Part shown: positions 58,161 through 64,000 of the stretch, piece after piece
Layout of the letters: each line of letters starts with the position of its first letter
Position numbering within the stretch: the stretch's first letter is position 1
Source: a virus
Virus record (IMG/VR): IMGVR_UViG_3300031673_008942
Coordinates: 49,637-113,636 of that record
Direction: 5' to 3' (one strand)
DNA length: 64,000 nucleotides
The notes under the pieces: model-generated
The model's input: the letters and a program-made list of their open reading frames with translations, nothing else
Told to the model about the DNA's origin: nothing
Database searches by the model: none
Translations under genes and position numbers: made by a program

Positions 58161-58749
58161 GGATGTAAATAATACAGGTACAAATAGGGTAATAGTTGCA
58201 GGCTTAGATATGTCCTATTCTGGAACTGGTTTTTTCTTAAAGAATGAAGATACTTTTGATATTAAGACAATTAAGACCACTCCAAAAACTTGTGCAAATG
58301 AGTTGCTACGGATTCGATATATTGTTGATTCGGTGATGGACCGCTTGCCAGAGCCAGATAAGGTATCTGTGATTGGCTTGGAAGATTTTTATATTCCTCA
58401 GTCAAAATTGCAGATGGGGTCGGCAATGCGTTTGGTAATGTTAGGGACGACCATGCGATTAGCATTATATGAGAATGGCTATTCTTTTTATATTCCTACA
58501 GCTAATCAGATAAAGAAGTTTGCGACCGGGAAAGGAAATTGTGATAAGAGTATCGTGGTGAGGGAAGTATTTAAGAAGTGGCACATTGAGGCGGCTGATG
58601 ACAACCAGGCAGATGCCTGTGCAATGGCATATATGGGATTGGCTATTTATGATGTCTTAAATGGCAATGATTTGGATTCATGGGTGAAGTACCAAGTTGA
58701 GACGGTCAAGAAGGTTGTAAAAGAAAGACCGAATTTCAATCTTGATTGA
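58138..58749 (+). CDS. ruvC: RuvC-like Holliday junction resolvase
   Basis: 'AGLDMS...TG', 'GLED', 'IKKFATGKGNCDK', 'DDNQADA'. Confidence 0.88.
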   Translation: MVERRAVEDVNNTGTNRVIVAGLDMSYSGTGFFLKNEDTFDIKTIKTTPKTCANELLRIRYIVDSVMDRLPEPDKVSVIGLEDFYIPQSKLQMGSAMRLVMLGTTMRLALYENGYSFYIPTANQIKKFATGKGNCDKSIVVREVFKKWHIEAADDNQADACAMAYMGLAIYDVLNGNDLDSWVKYQVETVKKVVKERPNFNLD

Positions 58750-59710
58750 TTGAGTCTTCCAAAATGTCTCTCAGGGAGTGAATGGGGGTTGCTCCTCTTT
58801 TTCTTATTTGAAAGATGAAGACCTTATTAAAACTTACTGATGCCCATTTTATCTCTTTTGTGGCTTTCCTTATTAATTCTCTTGAATATGTTTTACGATT
58901 GGTTGGGAGTCCGAGGTGGGTAAACAATTTTTTGTCTCCAATTTTGTAAATCTTTTTATTGCTCTGGAAAGATAACCACCATTTCAGAGTGAGGGTCGTC
59001 ATTTTAGGGGTTACAACATCATCCATAGTAAAGAACCAAGGATTATCTAAGAGGGCTGCAAGATAATCGGGCGACATATGGATTTCTACATCATTTTTTT
59101 CTCGGTGGTAAGAAAGGATGAATTCCTTGAGATAGAGGTTCCCCATTGATTTATCGAGGCTTTTATTGAAGGCACTTCCTGGGGTTTTCCCCAACAACTC
59201 CGCAAAGCGTCTGCTGTTAAAATTGATGATTTTTGAGTCAAGGTGTCCATTAAGTATGTACCACCCAAGACCAAGAATGGTTTGAAAGCTGATGAGTCCA
59301 AAATATCCTTCTTTTGTGGTCTTAGTGCCGTGGGCAAATTGGATATCTAGATTTCTTGGGAATGTCGTCCAATTAGCAATGTGGATACTTTCGGGATTAG
59401 AGGTTTTCTGGTAGGGGTGTATTTTCTGGTGGCATTCAGTGCATAAGGTACAATGTTCGACTTTATCTTCCTGGTGAATGGAAAGAGCATGTTGGAATAC
59501 TGATTCCCAGTCCCCATATAGTCCCCACAATCCCTGAAGGATGTGATAAAGGGTAACGATGTGATGACATTCCAAGTTTTCGTTAGTATCGCATGACAGG
59601 CATCCAATACCGATATTCCGTTTTACCCAGTCATCGTATATTTTGCTATCTCGAATACGTTTTTCAGTTTGTTTTATTTTAGAGAAGTTGCCCATGAGGT
59701 TATTATACAA
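58736..59710 (-). CDS. HNH domain fused to a Rep/TrfA-like winged-helix region; only minus-strand gene
   Basis: 'CLSC...LECHHI...LCTECHQKIH'; C-half 'INFNSRRFAELLGK', 'LKWWLSF....YKIG..KL..HLGL'. Confidence 0.7.
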   Translation of the reverse strand: MYNNLMGNFSKIKQTEKRIRDSKIYDDWVKRNIGIGCLSCDTNENLECHHIVTLYHILQGLWGLYGDWESVFQHALSIHQEDKVEHCTLCTECHQKIHPYQKTSNPESIHIANWTTFPRNLDIQFAHGTKTTKEGYFGLISFQTILGLGWYILNGHLDSKIINFNSRRFAELLGKTPGSAFNKSLDKSMGNLYLKEFILSYHREKNDVEIHMSPDYLAALLDNPWFFTMDDVVTPKMTTLTLKWWLSFQSNKKIYKIGDKKLFTHLGLPTNRKTYSRELIRKATKEIKWASVSFNKVFIFQIRKRGATPIHSLRDILEDSINQD

Positions 59711-59905
59711 TTAGAATATGCATTTCAGATTATAGAATTTGCATTACACTCCAAAAAGTAAAAATATAGACGTATATGTCTTATTTTTAATGATTTATGT
59801 ATACCCTTCAAGAGTCGCTATATGTAAAGATGTGTAAAACGCATCAAAAATACTTCATTTTGTGGTGATATTTATTTTATAATTACCTAAAAGGTAGAAA
59901 CGATT

Positions 59906-60178
59906 TTGGAGATATTTGAAAAGATGAGTTTTTATATTGTAGAGAAAGATGGAATTGGGATATCTGTTAGGGGTATCGCAAAATCTAGGTCAGCAGCATC
60001 GAAGGTTGCGAATAGCAATACAACGATTGTTGATGAGGATGGTCTTCGACAGCTTAAAAGTAAATTCATTGTTACCTCTGGGGCGAAATTAGCGAAAGTG
60101 ATGGTAGGAGATGGTTTGCGAGATGAGGATTTGATAGCAAGTGAAATATTGAAAATAGCTAAGGATTTAATCTCCTGA
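59906..60178 (+). CDS. hypothetical protein with C-terminal tag IASEILKIAKDLIS
   Basis: ORF track; tag shared with neighbouring ORFs. Confidence 0.7.
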   Translation: MEIFEKMSFYIVEKDGIGISVRGIAKSRSAASKVANSNTTIVDEDGLRQLKSKFIVTSGAKLAKVMVGDGLRDEDLIASEILKIAKDLIS

Positions 60179-60184
60179 TTTATT

Positions 60185-60424
60185 ATGAACAATGTATATG
60201 TCATTAGCGTGGATGGTGATGGGTTTGATATTGAGGTTTATTACATTGAGGAGGAGACTTCTACTATGATACGGGCTCGAAAATCTAAGGATTCGTTATT
60301 GTTGGTTAATAAGGACAGGCATGAGAAATACAGGGTTGTATCTGGCATGAGGCTTTTTTTTGATGAAGATATCGAAAATGATAAAATTGAGGAGATTATT
60401 CCTCAGTTAATTAAGGAGTTATGA
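60185..60424 (+). CDS. hypothetical protein
   Basis: 79-aa ORF in operon. Confidence 0.6.
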   Translation: MNNVYVISVDGDGFDIEVYYIEEETSTMIRARKSKDSLLLVNKDRHEKYRVVSGMRLFFDEDIENDKIEEIIPQLIKEL

Positions 60425-60780
60425 TGAGAAAAATTGCTAAAGAGGTATTGAGGATATCTACCTCTATTTTGGTGGGGGATTTCGAGATAACATTACCGAG
60501 TGGGGTTCGTCGGAAGATAAGTGGTGATATGAGTAAGTTTCTTTCAAATAGTTATTTTAGAGAGGTTCCATTGAAGAAGATGTTTGGAATTCTTGAAAAG
60601 CATAAGGTTACTCCCATAGATGATGATGGTACTTACTGGAGTGGATTCCTTACGGGAAGAGATGGTCGGGCTTCAATTGGGCTTGCCTATAATGGAGGTA
60701 CCGTCAAGAACGCATCTTTACAAGTTCAATGGCATAAGATGGACTCAGGGAATTATGAAGTTAATGCTTATATGTTATGA
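60421..60780 (+). CDS. hypothetical phage protein with N-terminal tag
   Basis: AAGGAG SD; 'RKIAKEVLRISTSILVG'. Confidence 0.7.
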   Translation: MMRKIAKEVLRISTSILVGDFEITLPSGVRRKISGDMSKFLSNSYFREVPLKKMFGILEKHKVTPIDDDGTYWSGFLTGRDGRASIGLAYNGGTVKNASLQVQWHKMDSGNYEVNAYML

Positions 60781-60789
60781 GGTCAGATT

Positions 60790-61247
60790 GTGAGATATCT
60801 ATTTATTGCCGGGGCGGGTCGTTCAGGTACTAGCATACTTACTGAACTGATATCTAGCCATCCTGAAATTAGCTTGGGGATGGAGCGGTTTAAAAGATTG
60901 TACAATAAAAATGTTCTTAGTAAGGGGCATTTTAATGAAAAGCGTTTCAATTTATTTGATGCCAGTGAAACCAATATTATGGCAGATTCAGAACAATACT
61001 TAAATTATTACAAATTGATTCTATCAAAATATTCAGAATCAAAAATTGTTGGAGATAAGTGTCCTCATTTGTTTAAGAATTATGATTATCTAAATTCAAT
61101 TTAATCAAAAATAAATATGAAGCGAAAATAAAGCACAAGAAGAAGTGTGTTTTCGAGGGACAGGAAAAGTTGATTAAAGAGAAAGCTGATATGGTTCAGC
61201 TTAATAGATTATTAGATAGGATTCCAAGTTGTGAGATTGGGATTTAA
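60790..61247 (+). pseudogene. sulfotransferase remnant (PAPS-binding N-terminus plus out-of-frame C-terminal fragment)
   Basis: 'LFIAGAGRSGTS....ISSHPEI...ERF', 'VGDKCP' then stop at 61104; a short open frame follows (61086-61247). Confidence 0.6.
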
Positions 61248-61257
61248 TAAAAGGAAA

Positions 61258-61485
61258 ATGAAAATGAAAATGAATAAGGTTCGTATAGCACAAGAATTAT
61301 TAATGGTTGCTAAAGATTTGGTAGCCGCCGAGGGGGATAAGTGTGGGCCTAAGGGCTGTATCCGTAGTATTGGAGGAGCGTGGCGCATCATGTCGGGGAA
61401 GACAGGTAAGTTGTGGCCACAGGAATATGAGAGCCAAGCTGAAGCTGAAAAGGTTTTGGATGCTTATCATGCAGGAGTTTTTTAA
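61258..61485 (+). CDS. small hypothetical protein with N-terminal tag
   Basis: (AAAATG)3 start region; 'VRIAQELLMVAKDLVAA'. Confidence 0.7.
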   Translation: MKMKMNKVRIAQELLMVAKDLVAAEGDKCGPKGCIRSIGGAWRIMSGKTGKLWPQEYESQAEAEKVLDAYHAGVF

Positions 61486-62479
61486 TGAGTCGGGTTCATT
61501 GATGTTAAAAATTGGTAGAAGATTAAGAGGAGCTGATATTTTCCCCGAATCAAGTGGGGATGATAGTTCCTATTTGCCTTCTCCTGAGGAGGTCCCTCGT
61601 GGTTTGACCAAGAAGCAGAAGGAGGCCAAGGCAGAAGAGGTAGAAAAGACCGCCCCTGGAAGCCGAAATGACTGGCGTATTACTTATAGCACGGGTTCTC
61701 AGAAGTGGACGGATGACCGCCCTGGTGATGGAGAGAATGACGAGAAGGAGAAGGAAATAGACCGTTTATTAAATAATGATGCGGTTCAAGAAGCGTTACA
61801 GATGTTGGAGGATGCCATAAATGCCCTTTTAAGTGGCAACGGTTCTCCTGAGGATTTAATGAAGGCTGTTGCCATGTTGATTGGGGAAATTGGTGAAGAC
61901 AAGGCTAGGTTGCTTATAAATTCGATTTACAAGGAAGAGACTAAGCAATTGAAAGCCATGGAGACCAAGGATGCCTCTGAGGAAGAAATAGGAGTTCAGA
62001 AGGAAATAGTGGAAGCTTTGAAGACAGTTAAGGGGTCGTTGAAATCAGCATCTTGCCGAGAAGCCAATGTGAAAGATGTTTTGAATAAGATAGTTCGTAA
62101 GATTCGAGATGATGAGTTGGCGAAGTCGTTGATTAATAAGGTGGTGGAATATTACAAGACCAAAGATGAATCGAAGGATTTAAGTCTTTCGGATTCGAGT
62201 AAGATATATCGAGATGTGGATTATGGAGATGACGTTTCTTTGAGTAAGAGGAAGAAATTGGATATTGATTGGAGTAATCATGCTGAGTATCGGAGCGATT
62301 TGAGAGATGTTAACCCTGAGATGGTTAATCGGTTGGTAACTGAGCGGTTAAGAACGAAGTTGCCGAAGCCTGACAGGAAGAAAGTTAAGTTCAAAGAGCC
62401 TGGATTGGGTACTATGGTGGTTGATTACGATATGACAAAAAACCCTGCGGATGCCAAGGTTGTGACTGTTTGGGGTTGA
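61469..62479 (+). CDS. hypothetical protein; C-terminal DUF4258/RelE-like 'HAxxR' domain
   Basis: 'WSNHAEYRSDLRDV...VVTVW'; start at ATG 61469 or 61502 rather than GTG 61343. Confidence 0.55.
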   Translation: MQEFFNESGSLMLKIGRRLRGADIFPESSGDDSSYLPSPEEVPRGLTKKQKEAKAEEVEKTAPGSRNDWRITYSTGSQKWTDDRPGDGENDEKEKEIDRLLNNDAVQEALQMLEDAINALLSGNGSPEDLMKAVAMLIGEIGEDKARLLINSIYKEETKQLKAMETKDASEEEIGVQKEIVEALKTVKGSLKSASCREANVKDVLNKIVRKIRDDELAKSLINKVVEYYKTKDESKDLSLSDSSKIYRDVDYGDDVSLSKRKKLDIDWSNHAEYRSDLRDVNPEMVNRLVTERLRTKLPKPDRKKVKFKEPGLGTMVVDYDMTKNPADAKVVTVWG

Positions 62480-62512
62480 TTATTTTTTTATTTTTGTTTA
62501 GTAGATAAAGAT

Positions 62513-63043
62513 TTGAATAGGAAAACAGTTATGAATATTGAAAAAATTGCCAATAAGATTGTAGAATCGAATTTTGTAAGTGCGGATGAGATGGAAGAAT
62601 ATTGTCCCGTTTGTGCTTCTCAAATTCGAGCAGGCGAGTATCAAATTAGTCGTGTCGAATTTGAGAAAGAATTGGGTTATGTCGCTGCGGTTACAGATGT
62701 TAAGGAGGAGGTTCCTGTTGAGGGAGAGCCTTCTCATACAGATGAGACTTTGAAGCCTTCTACAGAGGCTTCAATGATTGACCGGATTGCTGATTACTCC
62801 AGGGTGGCTCTGAATAAAGATACTTTGGTCATGATAAGTGACCAAAGCAATTGGAGTGCTTATTTTGTTGATAAACTCAATAAAGCTAGAGGTACGACTG
62901 ATAGGAGTGCCATGGAAAGTGCCTTAGAGGCAGAAGACACTATTACGATGGGAAGGGTGATTGTGACTCCTTATCGTTATTTTTCCAATAAAGACAAGAA
63001 TAATTTCAGAATGTATGGACTAGATAAAGTTTTCGAGGTTTAA
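62513..63043 (+). CDS. hypothetical protein
   Basis: 'IEKIANKIV', 'EYCPVCASQI', 'IDRIAD'. Confidence 0.7.
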   Translation: MNRKTVMNIEKIANKIVESNFVSADEMEEYCPVCASQIRAGEYQISRVEFEKELGYVAAVTDVKEEVPVEGEPSHTDETLKPSTEASMIDRIADYSRVALNKDTLVMISDQSNWSAYFVDKLNKARGTTDRSAMESALEAEDTITMGRVIVTPYRYFSNKDKNNFRMYGLDKVFEV

Positions 63044-63044
63044 A

Positions 63045-63851
63045 GTGATGGATGATAGGATTGAGTTAATATCTGACAAGATTGTCATGGCAGACCGTAT
63101 CGCGGGAGGTACGATTAGGGGCCTTTTCAATGAAGAGTATCCTAACGATAGCAAATATGCGAAGTTGATGTCTCAATATTTCGGCACTCCTATTAATTCA
63201 AAATACGAGAGTAAGCTATGGGATATGTGGCGTGACTGGGCAAAGAAGCGTAGGCTTTCTCTGAAAGATATGAAGGCAATGTTAACTGCTTATGATTCTG
63301 GCGTTGTGAATAAGGTTTTAGGTGGCAATCCGAGAGGTCCTAAAGACCTTAATGAGATTGCTTCTAGATTGAGAATTTCTGGGAAGATAAATTGGCGAAA
63401 AATATATGAGGATTTGGATGGGGTAGATGTTCGTGTTTCCTATGATACTCTAACAACCCTGGAAGATTTGATTGATAGGAATTTTAGAGATGTTCACGAA
63501 GACCATTTGCGTTATGCTATTCGAGGATTAGAGCAGAACCTTAAGATGATTAGTAGTGATGAGGAAAGACCTATTGTGGAGAATGCTATTCGGGCTCTTA
63601 CGTTGGAGATGAAGGCTCAAAGTAAGGGGAGACATGCCTCTCTGAACAAGGTTGCTGCTCGTTTTGTTCTTTATCATCGTTTTGGTACAAGTGATAGTCA
63701 ACGTAAGGCAATTAAGAAGGGTTCGTTGGCAACTCTTAACCGATGGGCGCAGGCGCAAGGTTTTGATTGGGTTAAGAAGAATAGCAATGTTTTTGGTGGT
63801 TATTGGGAAGACCCGGTAAGCCGTGACACTTATGAATTTGATACTGTTTGA
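63045..63851 (+). CDS. multi-segment hypothetical protein
   Basis: Segments separated by 'DRIAG', 'LNEIASRLRIS', 'LNKVAARF'. Confidence 0.7.
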   Translation: MMDDRIELISDKIVMADRIAGGTIRGLFNEEYPNDSKYAKLMSQYFGTPINSKYESKLWDMWRDWAKKRRLSLKDMKAMLTAYDSGVVNKVLGGNPRGPKDLNEIASRLRISGKINWRKIYEDLDGVDVRVSYDTLTTLEDLIDRNFRDVHEDHLRYAIRGLEQNLKMISSDEERPIVENAIRALTLEMKAQSKGRHASLNKVAARFVLYHRFGTSDSQRKAIKKGSLATLNRWAQAQGFDWVKKNSNVFGGYWEDPVSRDTYEFDTV

Positions 63852-63867
63852 TTGAAAGGGCTGTTGA

Positions 63868-64000
63868 ATGAAAAAGATAGAAGCTTATTCCTATGGTTGT
63901 ATTATGGCAAACTTGCCAAAAGATGTGGCTGCTCGTACAATGGCCTATGCTAACCTTATCCCGGATGATGAGATATATGATAATGGGGATGAAGAGCATG
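63868..64000 (+). CDS. N-terminus of a possible 2H-phosphoesterase (Acb1/T4 57B-like), truncated by window
   Basis: MKKIEAYSYGCIMANLP...IPDDEIYDNGDEEH; catalytic HxT motifs would lie beyond the window. Confidence 0.4.
   Translation, partial: MKKIEAYSYGCIMANLPKDVAARTMAYANLIPDDEIYDNGDEEH

Noticed and set aside
1107-63999. Numerous 60-200 aa minus-strand ORFs in the track
   Set aside because: They are shadows of well-supported + strand genes and show no motifs; only 58736..59710 occupies its own space.
1-64000. Alternative genetic code (stop-codon reassignment)
   Set aside because: Code-11 ORFs are full length and abut tightly; TAA, TGA and TAG all end genes.
1-64000. Archaeal element or Borg, suggested by Hel308 and perfect tandem repeats
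   Set aside because: DnaE, DnaB, DnaG, RecA, a sigma70-like factor and sigma70-type promoters indicate a bacterial host.

Overview
This window is a 64-kb segment of a large (jumbo/huge-type) tailed dsDNA bacteriophage. It uses genetic code 11, is densely coded, and all credible genes but one lie on the + strand. Module 1 (1-9.9 kb) is tail/virion genes: a tape-measure-like C-terminus, a hub-like protein, a collagen-like fibre rich in GFQ triplets, a Cys-rich partner, a TPR-glycosyltransferase and a BppU-like protein. Module 2 (9.9-35.6 kb) is replication, recombination and segregation: SNF2, DnaB, a YhaM-like OB-HD protein lacking its catalytic residues, DnaG, a sigma factor, a Hel308/Ski2-like helicase split in two around a family-4 UDG, a UvsY-like protein, a gp32-like SSB, RecA, a flap nuclease, a tubulin/FtsZ-family GTPase, SbcD, a ParB-like protein and DnaE. 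Module 3 (35.6-53.3 kb) is a ~18-kb glycan-biosynthesis island with about 14 glycosyltransferase-type genes, RmlA, an RfaE-like nucleotidyltransferase, a MazG-like pyrophosphatase and a DNA MTase. Module 4 (53.3-59.7 kb) holds nucleases: an HNH, a half SbcC, a RecB/Cas4-like nuclease, RuvC and a minus-strand HNH-Rep-like fusion. Module 5 (59.9-64 kb) is small proteins sharing an amphipathic peptide tag. Top observations: (a) a textbook -1 frameshift cassette at the end of ssb that would add a Zn-finger tail; (b) the split helicase/UDG triad; (c) the candidate virion-glycosylation system; (d) the shared peptide tag; (e) apparent absence of GATC. I saw no tRNA, rRNA or CRISPR array. Family assignments come from motif recognition by eye, not database searches.
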